Source of the DNA: an uncultured Verrucomicrobiae bacterium
GTDB taxonomy: Bacteria; Verrucomicrobiota; Verrucomicrobiia; Chthoniobacterales; Chthoniobacteraceae
Direction of reading: 5' to 3'
Assembly (NCBI GenBank): GCA_963811035.1
Contig: CAWEPO010000004.1
Span: 6,331 to 70,330 of the forward strand
Length of the DNA: 64,000 nt
Shown here piece by piece: positions 19,525 to 28,277 of this stretch. A program made the position numbers and the translations under genes. The notes beneath the pieces are model-generated. The model was not told the DNA's origin, made no database searches, and was given only the letters and a program-made list of their open reading frames with translations. Numbering within the stretch: position 1 is the first letter of the stretch; every line of letters begins with the position of its first letter.

Positions 19525-20744
19525 TGCTTCACCCCGCAGGACTGAGCGTCGTGCATTTCGCGATAGAGCTCCAGGTAACGGCTCCGCATGACGGCTTCGG
19601 AGTAGTGCGCGTGGACACGCTGCCTGGCCGCCGAGGCCAGCCGATGGCGCAAGGCGGAATCCGCCACGGCCTTAGCCAGTACGCAACCTAGCGCCGGACC
19701 GCCGACCTCCTCCGCAAGGAGGCCGTGCTCGCCATCGGTAAACTGCTCAGTCACGCCGTCGGTCGGTGTCGCAACAACACAGCATTCGGCGGCCATGGCT
19801 TCCAGCGTCACGCACGGGAAGTTTTCCCGCTCGGAGGCAAAGAGGAAAATCTCGGCCGTGGCATAGAGAGCGGCGAGCTCGGCACGATCAGCAAGAAAAT
19901 CGTGGGCGCGAGTCTCGAGATGCGGTGGCAATTGTTGCGCGGCCCATTTGGCATGGCCGCCGACGAGCACGATTTGCCAGCCGCAGTTTTCGGGAAGGCA
20001 TTCCAGCGCCTCGCGGACGATGGGAAACCCCTTGTCGGCTATTCTATAATCGCGATTGACGACCAAGATCACCGGCTTTTTCAGTGTGGACTTGGCGGCA
20101 GCAACATTTGGCTCCACTCCATTAGGAATGTGGCGAATGCGCCACTTGCCAAGCTGGGGCAGCCGGCTGGCGGCCTCAAAGGCGGCGCGGGAAGGGACGG
20201 CGACCCAGAGCGGCGCGTCGTAGAGAGGCTGCAATTCGCGATCGAGCGCTTCGAGCTCGGGCACGGTGCGGGGGGCGCGGAGGAGTTGGGGCGCGAGGCC
20301 CCAGGCGGCTTCGTACGGAGTGCCGCGGGCGTCGACGTGGCGCGAGTCCCCCCAATAGCAATGCAGCGTCCAGAGGACCGGCGCCCGCCGGGCCAGGCGG
20401 GCCAAGTCATCAATAGCTGCATAGCCAGTGAAGCTATGCAGATGGAAGAGGCCGCGCCCTGCGCGCACGACTCTCCGGAAGGCGCGACGCTGCGCAGGCG
20501 CCGCGGGCCACAGGCGCTCCACAACGCGGGCGAAGCGCGTATAGCGAAGACGGTCGAGCAGCGCTGGGTAGAGCACGCGCACATTGGCGGTGCGCGGGCG
20601 ATGTTTCCCGAGCGTGCTTAGCACAAAGCGACAATCGTGGCCGGCCTCGCGCAAGCCGCCCGCGATCTGGTGCATCACCGTCTCCGCGCCGCCGAGGCGA
20701 TATTGCGTGTTAATCATCTGCACGTGGAGCTTGGGTTCGCTCAT
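19521..20744 (-). CDS. GT4-family glycosyltransferase
   Basis: MSEPKLHVQMINTQYRLGGAETVMHQIAGGLREAGHD...EIFLFASERENFPCVTLEAMAAECCVVATPTDGVTEQFTDGEHG. The ATG at 20744 (aa 82 of ORF 19521..20987) forms an ATGA overlap. Confidence 0.8.
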   Translation of the reverse strand: MSEPKLHVQMINTQYRLGGAETVMHQIAGGLREAGHDCRFVLSTLGKHRPRTANVRVLYPALLDRLRYTRFARVVERLWPAAPAQRRAFRRVVRAGRGLFHLHSFTGYAAIDDLARLARRAPVLWTLHCYWGDSRHVDARGTPYEAAWGLAPQLLRAPRTVPELEALDRELQPLYDAPLWVAVPSRAAFEAASRLPQLGKWRIRHIPNGVEPNVAAAKSTLKKPVILVVNRDYRIADKGFPIVREALECLPENCGWQIVLVGGHAKWAAQQLPPHLETRAHDFLADRAELAALYATAEIFLFASERENFPCVTLEAMAAECCVVATPTDGVTEQFTDGEHGLLAEEVGGPALGCVLAKAVADSALRHRLASAARQRVHAHYSEAVMRSRYLELYREMHDAQSCGVKQ

Positions 20745-21664
20745 GCGCGGCCGTAGCTCGCGGAAGCGGCGGGTTGGCCGCACCGCGCAAGCGCCTTGAG
20801 CACCAGCCACCATTTTTGCGGGGAGAAAAGATCCAGCCGCAGCGCGCGGCAGAGATAGAGCAGCGCGCGGCGCGGGTCCGTGCACCAGAAATGCATGGCG
20901 GTGCGCAGGGCCAGCGCGGCGGCGCGGCGACGCTTTTGGCGCGTAGGTGCAGGGTAGCTTTTCACATGCCGGCTGATCACGGCCCACTCGCGTTCCAGCA
21001 TCATGCCCGCTTTCGACGAGGCCTGCTCGGAATGCCGGCGGTAGCGCAGGGTGTTCTCCGAAGTCTTAGCCAACTGGAGGCCCGCTTCCACCATGCGCAA
21101 CCAAAGGTCGTAGTCCTCGGCGTGCTGCACTTCGGCGCTCGTGTCGAAGAGGCCCACGCGATCGAGCGCGGCGCGGAGCACGACCACGGACGAGAGGGCG
21201 ATCCGATTCTGCTCGAAGAGACGGGAGCGCCAATCGTCCTGGAGAGTCTGCGTTGGCCACTCCTCCTCGGTTTCGCTGCCATCGAAGAACATCGTGGCGG
21301 ACGAAAAAGAGACATCGGCGCCAGCATCCAGCGCTTCAAGCGCGGCCTCGAGGTGTCGCGGTCGCCAGCAATCATCGTGATCGAGAAAGGCTATGTATGC
21401 TCCCCCGCTGTGCCGGATTCCGGTATTGCGGGCGGCGGAAACGCCTTCGTTTCGCTCATGTTTCACTAGGTCAACGCGATGGCTGCTGTGTTCGCGAGCG
21501 AACTGTTCCACAATGTTCGGCGTATCATCATGGGAGCCGTCTTCCACCGCGAGGACCTCCCAATGTGGATAGATTTGTGCCGCGACGGAAGCGAGCGCCT
21601 GGCCGAGGAAGTTCGCCGCTTGGTAGCAAGGAATCACTACTGAGATGAGAGGCGCCTCGCTCAT
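20741..21664 (-). CDS. GT2-family glycosyltransferase
   Basis: MSEAPLISVVIPCYQAANFLGQALASVAAQIYPHWEVLAVEDGSHDDT...GAYIAFLDHDDCW. The ATG at 21664 forms an ATGA overlap with the upstream stop. Confidence 0.9.
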   Translation of the reverse strand: MSEAPLISVVIPCYQAANFLGQALASVAAQIYPHWEVLAVEDGSHDDTPNIVEQFAREHSSHRVDLVKHERNEGVSAARNTGIRHSGGAYIAFLDHDDCWRPRHLEAALEALDAGADVSFSSATMFFDGSETEEEWPTQTLQDDWRSRLFEQNRIALSSVVVLRAALDRVGLFDTSAEVQHAEDYDLWLRMVEAGLQLAKTSENTLRYRRHSEQASSKAGMMLEREWAVISRHVKSYPAPTRQKRRRAAALALRTAMHFWCTDPRRALLYLCRALRLDLFSPQKWWLVLKALARCGQPAASASYGRA

Positions 21665-22554
21665 AGGCGAATCCACGCCGGCGGAGTAATCTCGGCCATC
21701 TGCTCATTTGCTTGCGGATCGGCCATCCAGCGCTTCGGCGCCACGACGACCTTGGCGGGATGCGTAATGAGCCACGCGGCCCACCAACTGTATGAGCTAT
21801 TGGCAATCACGGCGTGCTGGCACATCGACATCAGACGAAGGTGGTCAGCCGTGGTGGCCGCCGAGTTTTGGCCATCCACGAAGTACACTCCCGGCAAATC
21901 GCAGAGCATTTCCCGGCACCACGCGGGATCGTCTGAAAAGACGGCGAACGCCTGGGTTTCCGTTCGGCTGCGGACCAATTTGGCGGCATCGTGAAAGTAT
22001 TCCCGCGGACAGGCGCCGTGACAGGGGGCGTGGCGCGGATGTTGGACGTAGTCGCCGCGGCGGACGTGGATGAAACACGTTGGCGTTTCCTCGATCCCGC
22101 GAGCGACCGCCGAAGACCTTGGGGAGAGCGGTTCCCGGAAAGCGAAGTCGCGCCGGACCTGTTCGCCATAGGCGGAGAAATAGCGTTCATCCTGCCAATA
22201 GCCGCGGAGGTAGACATCGCCCCGCAGGCGCGGCAAGGGACCGCGCCAGCCGGGACTCTCTTCCTCGACGACGTGCCTGGGATGCAAGGCACGGGAAAGG
22301 CGCTGGCGAAGCCGGTCAGAAAAGGAATGAGTAGGACGCCAGGCGAAATCGTCGCATATGTTGGCGGGGGCCAGTGGGGCCTGCAGATGGAAGGCCGCCA
22401 ACTCATACTCCCGCCGCGTGATTTCATCATTTGCGCCGAGCAACGCGGCATCGAGCAACAGCGTTTTTCCATCGCGCAAAGCGAGCGCGCGGGCGGCGGC
22501 GTACTGAAACATCTGGTTGCCGAGGCCACCATTTAGCGCGGCGATCACCTTCAT
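21661..22554 (-). CDS. GT11-family alpha-1,2-fucosyltransferase
   Basis: MKVIAALNGGLGNQMFQYAAARALA...CFIHVRRGDY...VIANSSYSWWAAWL. These are the three motifs I recognise from GT11 enzymes. The ATG at 22554 forms an ATGA overlap. Confidence 0.85.
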   Translation of the reverse strand: MKVIAALNGGLGNQMFQYAAARALALRDGKTLLLDAALLGANDEITRREYELAAFHLQAPLAPANICDDFAWRPTHSFSDRLRQRLSRALHPRHVVEEESPGWRGPLPRLRGDVYLRGYWQDERYFSAYGEQVRRDFAFREPLSPRSSAVARGIEETPTCFIHVRRGDYVQHPRHAPCHGACPREYFHDAAKLVRSRTETQAFAVFSDDPAWCREMLCDLPGVYFVDGQNSAATTADHLRLMSMCQHAVIANSSYSWWAAWLITHPAKVVVAPKRWMADPQANEQMAEITPPAWIRL

Positions 22555-23507
22555 GGAATCGAGGCGGCGCGGCGCCTGGCGAATAGATAGGCATTTCGCT
22601 CCGGAAGGTTTGTCGTGGAATCGAACCACTCGAAGGATTCATTCCGCGACGCGCGAAGTGTCGAGAAGAACTGGACGTTATCAAAACCATCAAAGCTGTC
22701 TTGATAGGCGAGGAGCAGGGCCACGGATCGCTCAAGAATAGGGAGCAATTCTTCACGGACGGCGAGCGGGCACTCGCTGAGAGACCAAGTGGCGAGGAAG
22801 AGGATCGTCGTCTTTGGCTCGAGCTGAGTGAGACGGGCGAGCAGCGTTTGAGCGCTGGTGAAGGTTAGGACGCCGGCGCCGTGGCCCTCCTCAGGAGAGC
22901 GCCGCGCAGAAATGCCGATTCCATTGAGATAGAATCGCTGGAGCGCGGAGAAGTGAGGCAGGTCGAGGATATAGTATTCGCCGGTGAATCCCGACTGGCG
23001 CGCGGTGCGGCACATGCAGCCGTAGCCGCCGCCAAACTCGATGACGGCGTCGAAGCCGGTGAGTGTGAGGCCGGTGCGGGATTCGAATTCACAGAGATGG
23101 TGCGCCATGTGGATGGCATTGTCGCTGGTGCCGGGGAGGTGGCGCGACGGCAGCGGCGCGCCGAGCGAATGCTCCCGCAGCGCCGGCTGCCAGCGCTGGG
23201 CGAAGTCGGGGCGCTCTCGCAGCCGCGCGGCCTGCGCCGCCGACCAAGGCGCGTCATGGACGAACATCGTGTAAAGGATCTCCGGCCAGCGGAGAAAAAG
23301 GCAGGGATTCTCCTGCTCGATGCGGCGGCAGATTGATTGGGCAGTGTCGTTCCAGAAGGCGCCCGTGCCCCTCGCGCCAGGGTCGGAGGCAAGGCGCTCG
23401 ACTTCCTCGCGAAGCTCGAGGATCTCGCGCCGGTAACGCCCGCGCATGATAGCCCCCCGGACAGTGAGCGCAATGCGAGCCTTGGCGGCACGAAGAACAT
23501 GGAGCAT
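22551..23507 (-). CDS. SAM-dependent methyltransferase (sugar O-methyltransferase-like)
   Basis: 318 aa with DAVIEFGGGYGCMCRTARQSGFTGEYYILDLP (Gly-rich motif I followed by an acidic residue). Operon context supports the call. ATG at 23507. Confidence 0.6.
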   Translation of the reverse strand: MLHVLRAAKARIALTVRGAIMRGRYRREILELREEVERLASDPGARGTGAFWNDTAQSICRRIEQENPCLFLRWPEILYTMFVHDAPWSAAQAARLRERPDFAQRWQPALREHSLGAPLPSRHLPGTSDNAIHMAHHLCEFESRTGLTLTGFDAVIEFGGGYGCMCRTARQSGFTGEYYILDLPHFSALQRFYLNGIGISARRSPEEGHGAGVLTFTSAQTLLARLTQLEPKTTILFLATWSLSECPLAVREELLPILERSVALLLAYQDSFDGFDNVQFFSTLRASRNESFEWFDSTTNLPERNAYLFARRRAASIP

Positions 23508-23514
23508 CGGAGGG

Positions 23515-24645
23515 CTAAAGCGGCACCGGGCTATTCCAGTCGAGCTTGGTCGCAGACTCGGCTAGATCGCTCGGGACCCAGGCTCCCGATTTCAGCGTGA
23601 GCCAATCGGCGAAAGAGATCTCCTGGCCGGTATTCTCGCCGCGGTAATCGAGCCGCCGAAACTCACGGTGCAGGTCATACTTCTGCCAATAGAGATCCAG
23701 CGACTGCGCATCGACGATGCAGAAGTGCTCCGCCAGCGCGCGCCAACTGTCGGCCACGGTCCAAGCCAACGGGCGGCCGATCGACTCGAGATAGTTCGCT
23801 TCCAGATACACTTCGCAGAGCCTAAGCTCGGCATGGGCGCCGAAGGGCGCGTCGGGGGCAGCTTCCCGCGGGTCCAGGGGACAGGCCCAGTAGCGCTCCA
23901 AGTCCTCGGTGGCGCCGAAAAGGAATAAGTCGGAGAGGCCATAGCGGCGATACTTCAAAGTATTGAGGCCGAGGCCGGCGATCCGCCGGCGCTGATGTTC
24001 GACCTGGCCAAGCGGAAACGCGAGGAGCAGACTATGCAGGAACGCCAGCGCATTCGGGTTATACATCCGCAGGTCGGTCCTGGACTTCACCGCATACTCG
24101 ACCCCCAACTCCGCGCATTTGGCGAGTCCGGCGCGCGTGGAAACGATCTGCCGATTGATATTCGAGGGCCCAGGATTCGCCGGCGCATCCTTGATGACCA
24201 AGATAGCGCCCGCCGCCTCACAGGCCCGCAGCGCCTCCGGTGGCTCGTCACTCCAAGTCGAGAGGATCACCGGCTGATCCGAAAAATGGCGCCGGTAGAG
24301 CTTGATCGTCTCAAGCGTAAAGTCATCCGGCAGCAGCAACGGCCCCTGCAGGATGATGCCAGTCCGCGGATAGGTGAGCCAGCGCGAGGGAGGCGTCTCG
24401 ACGGCGCCGGCCGAGCGGGGCCGCAGGTGGAAAGTCATGAAGCTTTCCTCGACGGCGCCGATCGCCTGCGCCAGTTCCAGACCGCCCTCGCGTTCCCTCG
24501 TACCCGGAAAGCGCGCCGAAAGGATGCGCAGGGCCTCCTGCTTGGGCAGCGCGCGCAAGATCGCCCGCCAGGGCGCCCCGGCCCAGAGGGGCTTCGGCAG
24601 ATATTTGATCGCGAGGCGCCATAGCAGGTGTGGCGGAGCAGGCAT
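23515..24645 (-). CDS. WavE-like LPS/polysaccharide synthesis family protein (paralog 2)
   Basis: RTGIILQGPLLLPDDFTLETIKLYRRHFSDQPVILSTWSDEPPEAL...SNINRQIVSTRAGLAKCAELGVEYAVKSRTDLRM. It is collinear with the product of 17443..18438. Confidence 0.5.
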   Translation of the reverse strand: MPAPPHLLWRLAIKYLPKPLWAGAPWRAILRALPKQEALRILSARFPGTREREGGLELAQAIGAVEESFMTFHLRPRSAGAVETPPSRWLTYPRTGIILQGPLLLPDDFTLETIKLYRRHFSDQPVILSTWSDEPPEALRACEAAGAILVIKDAPANPGPSNINRQIVSTRAGLAKCAELGVEYAVKSRTDLRMYNPNALAFLHSLLLAFPLGQVEHQRRRIAGLGLNTLKYRRYGLSDLFLFGATEDLERYWACPLDPREAAPDAPFGAHAELRLCEVYLEANYLESIGRPLAWTVADSWRALAEHFCIVDAQSLDLYWQKYDLHREFRRLDYRGENTGQEISFADWLTLKSGAWVPSDLAESATKLDWNSPVPL

Positions 24646-24648
24646 CGG

Positions 24649-25353
24649 CTACGAAGCGGTGGCGCGCCGGAAAAAGAGGTTTTCCTCGTTCTGCTGGGAC
24701 TCGGTCTTCCATACCTCGAACCCATGGCCGGCGAGGAAATCGAGCATCTCCTCCCGACAGTGCTGGTTCTTGTAGAGCATTACCTCCCGATCTGCCGGCA
24801 CCTCTACCACCCCGCTACGCACACGCGAAATCTCATCGCCGAGCGAGCGCAGCACGCTGAGGTCGGTGCCTTGCGTATCAATGTGCAAGTAATCGATCGA
24901 GGAAATGCCGTTGGTGCGTACAAAGTCGTCGAGTCGGATAACCTCTACCTCGATGCGTTGGGTAACGACGAAATCATCGCGGCCAGGCCACGTGCGCTCC
25001 AGCCCTTCCGAGAACTCCAGGAGGGAGCTGCAACCCCAATCGGCCTGGCCGGCCACATTGAACGTCGCGGTCCCGGTGCATTCGCCGACAGCCTTCGGGA
25101 TCAAGTGGAAGTTGGAATGTCGCCCGTAGCGAGACTGCATCTGCCTCACTAACTCGGGGGTGGGCTCAAATGCATACACGTGAATCCAACGAGGGCCGTG
25201 AATGAGCGGCTCAAAGGTGGAACCATCATTGGCGCCGACGTCGAAAACGGTCGCGCGCTGCCACGGCTCCACCCCGAACTTATTCAACTCGTAGCGCAGC
25301 ATGCGCCAGCGATTGCGCAGATTGAGGTAGCGATCATGCAAGGGAAGCTTCAT
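24649..25353 (-). CDS. FkbM-family methyltransferase
   Basis: VFDVGANDGSTFEPLIHGPRWIHVYAFEPTPELVRQM...IDYLHIDTQGTDLSVLRSLG. The ATG at 25353 (aa 21 of ORF 24649..25413) forms an ATGA overlap with the wzt stop. Confidence 0.85.
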   Translation of the reverse strand: MKLPLHDRYLNLRNRWRMLRYELNKFGVEPWQRATVFDVGANDGSTFEPLIHGPRWIHVYAFEPTPELVRQMQSRYGRHSNFHLIPKAVGECTGTATFNVAGQADWGCSSLLEFSEGLERTWPGRDDFVVTQRIEVEVIRLDDFVRTNGISSIDYLHIDTQGTDLSVLRSLGDEISRVRSGVVEVPADREVMLYKNQHCREEMLDFLAGHGFEVWKTESQQNEENLFFRRATAS

Positions 25354-26609
25354 CGACCTGAATAACTCAAATCTCCCGCAGGCTCGGCAGAGCGTTTTTT
25401 GACGACCGTCCACTGTTGGGAAGGAATTACCACGCCGATACTCCGATTCGCCTCAAGCTGGAAGAACCGGTCGCTCCCAAGCTGTCTTTCGACGGAGAAC
25501 TGCAGCACCCGGGAATGCTCCTCCAGCCATCCGACCATCGGATCACAAACGAAGACATCGATCTCATAAGCCCCCAGCGCGAGATTCAAGGGCCCAATCA
25601 CGCACCGAACTACTTCGCTCGTCGCGGGTATCTCGATGGACTGAAAGTACGCGGAGCCTCCGAAGGCGAAGGCCTCGTCGTTATGCCGGAGGATGAAATC
25701 GATGCCGATATTATCCGGCCTCGGCCTCTCGGATAGGTGGACGTCGAATTTGATGTTCCAGCCTTCCGTGGAGAAGTCAGGCGCCATGGAAACCATGTCG
25801 ACTTTGCTGACAATACCGCTCCTCTCCTCCCGGAGGGAACGTTGCAGGTTAATGCTGGAATCAAGATAAGTTTGCACGACCGTGGAGGTATCTCCCTCGC
25901 TCGTTAAACGGCCCTTGTCGATGAGGACGGCCCGTTGACAGAGAGAACAGACGGCGGCCATGTTGTGGCTCACGAAGAGGACGGTGCGCCCGGCGCGGTG
26001 CGAAATTTCGCGCATTTTGCCGAGGCATTTTTTCTGGAATTGGACGTCACCGACGGCGAGCACTTCGTCGACGATCAGGATTTCCGGCTCGAGGTGGGCG
26101 GCCACGGCGAAGGCGAGGCGCACGTACATGCCGCTGGAGTAACGTTTGACGGGCGTATCGATGAATTGCTCCACCTCGGCAAAGGCGATGATTTCATCGA
26201 ACTGGCGGGTGATCTCGGCGCGTTTCATGCCGAGGATGGCGCCGTTCAGGTAAATGTTTTCGCGGCCGGTGAGGTCGGGATGAAAACCGGTACCGACTTC
26301 GAGCAGGCTCGCCACACGGCCGCGGAGGAGGACTTCGCCGTCCGTCGGCTCGGTGATGCGCGAGAGGATTTTCAGCAGGGTGCTTTTGCCGGCGCCGTTG
26401 CGGCCGATGATGCCGACGACTTCGCCGGGCGCGACGGTGAAGGAGACGTCGCGCAGCGCCCAAAACTCCTCGGGGGGAACACGCTGGGCGTGGCCGGTGA
26501 GCCGGTGCCAGCAGCGCTCGAGGTCATCGCGCAAGCGCGTGGCGCCGATGACGCCCAACTGGTAGCGCTTGGAGAGGCCTTGCACCTCGATCATCGGCAG
26601 CCCGCTCAT
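25350..26609 (-). CDS. wzt: polysaccharide ABC exporter ATP-binding protein (Wzt/TagH type) with a C-terminal extension of about 170 aa
   Basis: MSGLPMIEVQGLSKRY... Walker A is GIIGRNGAGKSTL, the signature is YSSGMYVRLAFA and Walker B is EILIVDEVLAVGD. A non-NBD tail follows: ...DMVSMAPDFSTEGWNIKFDVHLSE...IDFILRHNDEAFAFGG...YEIDVFVCD...LQFSVE. The ATG at 26609 (aa 101 of ORF 25350..26909) forms an ATGA overlap with the wzm stop. Confidence 0.9.
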   Translation of the reverse strand: MSGLPMIEVQGLSKRYQLGVIGATRLRDDLERCWHRLTGHAQRVPPEEFWALRDVSFTVAPGEVVGIIGRNGAGKSTLLKILSRITEPTDGEVLLRGRVASLLEVGTGFHPDLTGRENIYLNGAILGMKRAEITRQFDEIIAFAEVEQFIDTPVKRYSSGMYVRLAFAVAAHLEPEILIVDEVLAVGDVQFQKKCLGKMREISHRAGRTVLFVSHNMAAVCSLCQRAVLIDKGRLTSEGDTSTVVQTYLDSSINLQRSLREERSGIVSKVDMVSMAPDFSTEGWNIKFDVHLSERPRPDNIGIDFILRHNDEAFAFGGSAYFQSIEIPATSEVVRCVIGPLNLALGAYEIDVFVCDPMVGWLEEHSRVLQFSVERQLGSDRFFQLEANRSIGVVIPSQQWTVVKKRSAEPAGDLSYSGR

Positions 26610-27466
26610 GCGATATCGACGAAGGTGCGCTCCATCTTGCTGAAAGCGGCAAGCCCGGTGATAAGAAAGACCAGCGTGATCGCTAGCGAAGTAGCTACCA
26701 GACTGAGGGTAACCGTTCCGGAGCCGAGGATGGCCAGCCGGAGCGCCTCCAGCGGGGCGGTCACGGGGTTGAGGGCGACAAGCCAGCGCCATTTTTCCGG
26801 CACGCCGGAGAGCGGATAGATGACCGGCGCGGCGTACATGGCGAGCTGGACAAAAAGCGCGGAGAGCTGGGCGAGATCGCGATACTTGGCGGTGAGGGCG
26901 CTCATCCAAAGGCCAAGCCCGGAAGCGATCGCGGCGAGATGGAGAACGATCAACGGCAGGGCGAGGATCGCCGGGGTGATGCCGAAGCTGGCGCCGTGGC
27001 CGGCGAATTTATAGGATAGATAAAAGACGATGAGCGTCGCGAACTGAATGATAAAGGTGAATCCGTTCGAAGCCACCGCGCCAAGCGGAACGATCAGCCG
27101 CGGAAAATAGACTTTGCTGAAGATGTGCTGGTTCGCGCTCAGGGCGGAGGCGGTGGAAGTGAAGCACGCCGAGAAGTAGTTCCAGCCCACCTGGTTGCAA
27201 AAATAGAAGAGGATGGGTGGAAGACCGCCGGTGGGAATCTTCGCGATGCCCCCGAAGACGATCGCGAAGATGACGGTCGTCAGCAAGGGCTGGAGAATGA
27301 ACCAGAGCGGGCCGAGGACGGTTTGCTGATAACGGGCGAGGAAATCGCGCCGGACCATGAGAAACAGGAGGTCGCGGTATTCCCAAAGCTCGCGCCAATC
27401 GATGCGAAACCACCCGCGGGTGGGGCGGATGCGAAGCTCGTAGCCGGAGAGGGCGGAGGTTTCCAT
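26606..27466 (-). CDS. wzm: polysaccharide ABC exporter permease (ABC-2 / Wzm type)
   Basis: METSALSGYELRIRPTRGWFRIDWRELWEYRDLLFLMVRRDFLARYQQTVLGPLWFILQPLLTTVIFAIVFG...KVYFPRLIVPL, with six hydrophobic segments. An alternative ATG at 27520 would overlap the upstream gene by 35 nt. Confidence 0.9.
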   Translation of the reverse strand: METSALSGYELRIRPTRGWFRIDWRELWEYRDLLFLMVRRDFLARYQQTVLGPLWFILQPLLTTVIFAIVFGGIAKIPTGGLPPILFYFCNQVGWNYFSACFTSTASALSANQHIFSKVYFPRLIVPLGAVASNGFTFIIQFATLIVFYLSYKFAGHGASFGITPAILALPLIVLHLAAIASGLGLWMSALTAKYRDLAQLSALFVQLAMYAAPVIYPLSGVPEKWRWLVALNPVTAPLEALRLAILGSGTVTLSLVATSLAITLVFLITGLAAFSKMERTFVDIA

Positions 27467-27485
27467 GGTGTGGCTCTGCGCGAAA

Positions 27486-28262
27486 TCAGAAGTCCCGGTG
27501 AATGCGCCAGTCTCTGTCATCCTCGCCGGCCTTGCGCAGAAACACGAGATTGCCGATCTGATAATCCTGCCATGGATGCAGGAAGGCCGGGCGAAAGATT
27601 AACTCCGCGCGGGGAATCATGGCGCAGAGCTGCCGAATCATCTTCTTGACGAGCGATCGCGGACTCGAGTTAGGCCGCCGGCGAGTCTCGGGCCGAGGAG
27701 GATCTAGCAACACATAACTGCGATTGGCCAGAATGTAGCGAATGAGCGACTGCTGCGCGGGCATCCACATATCGTGGAAGGCAATCACCCCGCCCATGGC
27801 TAGTTTCTTGTCGGTGAGGACAAACTCGGAAAGGGTCAGGTCGAAGAGATGCGAGGCGTCGATGAAGGCAAACTCGAGCCCAGGCAGATGGGGGATGACT
27901 TCCTCGGCAAATTTGCGGTGGAAGGTCATTCGATGGGCCAGGCCAGCCCGCCGCACCATCTCGAGCCCGGAGTCGCCGTACTTCTCCTGGAATGGGTCCA
28001 GAATGTGGTGATGGCCGGCGCCATTCTCCTCCAGCGCCTGCAAGATCGCCTGCGCGGAAACGCCTTGGGCGAATCCAATCTCAAGACTGGTTTCCGGCTT
28101 TAGCCGGCGGACGACTTGGTAAAGCTGGAGGGCTTCCTCCTCGGAAACATTTGACTCCAGCGGCACTTCGCGGCCGCCGGCCTCGAAAGCTTTCCGCTGC
28201 GCAAAAGCCTCGCGCAGGCTGGGCGCCAGGACCTCCTGGCCAGACATGGAGCAGGCGGACAT
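27486..28262 (-). CDS. class I SAM-dependent methyltransferase (O-methyltransferase family 3 / Methyltransf_24-like)
   Basis: SLEIGFAQGVSAQAILQAL...LEFAFIDASHLFDLTLSEFVLTDKKLAMGGVIAFHDMW. This is the typical fold-I layout, and operon context supports the call. Confidence 0.6.
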   Translation of the reverse strand: MSACSMSGQEVLAPSLREAFAQRKAFEAGGREVPLESNVSEEEALQLYQVVRRLKPETSLEIGFAQGVSAQAILQALEENGAGHHHILDPFQEKYGDSGLEMVRRAGLAHRMTFHRKFAEEVIPHLPGLEFAFIDASHLFDLTLSEFVLTDKKLAMGGVIAFHDMWMPAQQSLIRYILANRSYVLLDPPRPETRRRPNSSPRSLVKKMIRQLCAMIPRAELIFRPAFLHPWQDYQIGNLVFLRKAGEDDRDWRIHRDF

Positions 28263-28277
28263 AGCTATCGGGCAGAA

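Noticed and set aside
9828-26909. N-terminal extensions of the longest ORFs (9828..11408, 19521..20987, 25350..26909, 21661..22629, 12834..14126, 9040..10068)
   Set aside because: The extensions overlap the preceding gene by 70-570 nt and translate to Arg/Pro/Gly-rich nonsense. Homolog-like N-termini (MKILLCSH, MSEPKLHVQMIN, MSGLPMIEVQGL, MKVIAALNGGLGNQ) begin at internal starts that form 4-nt overlaps with the upstream stop.
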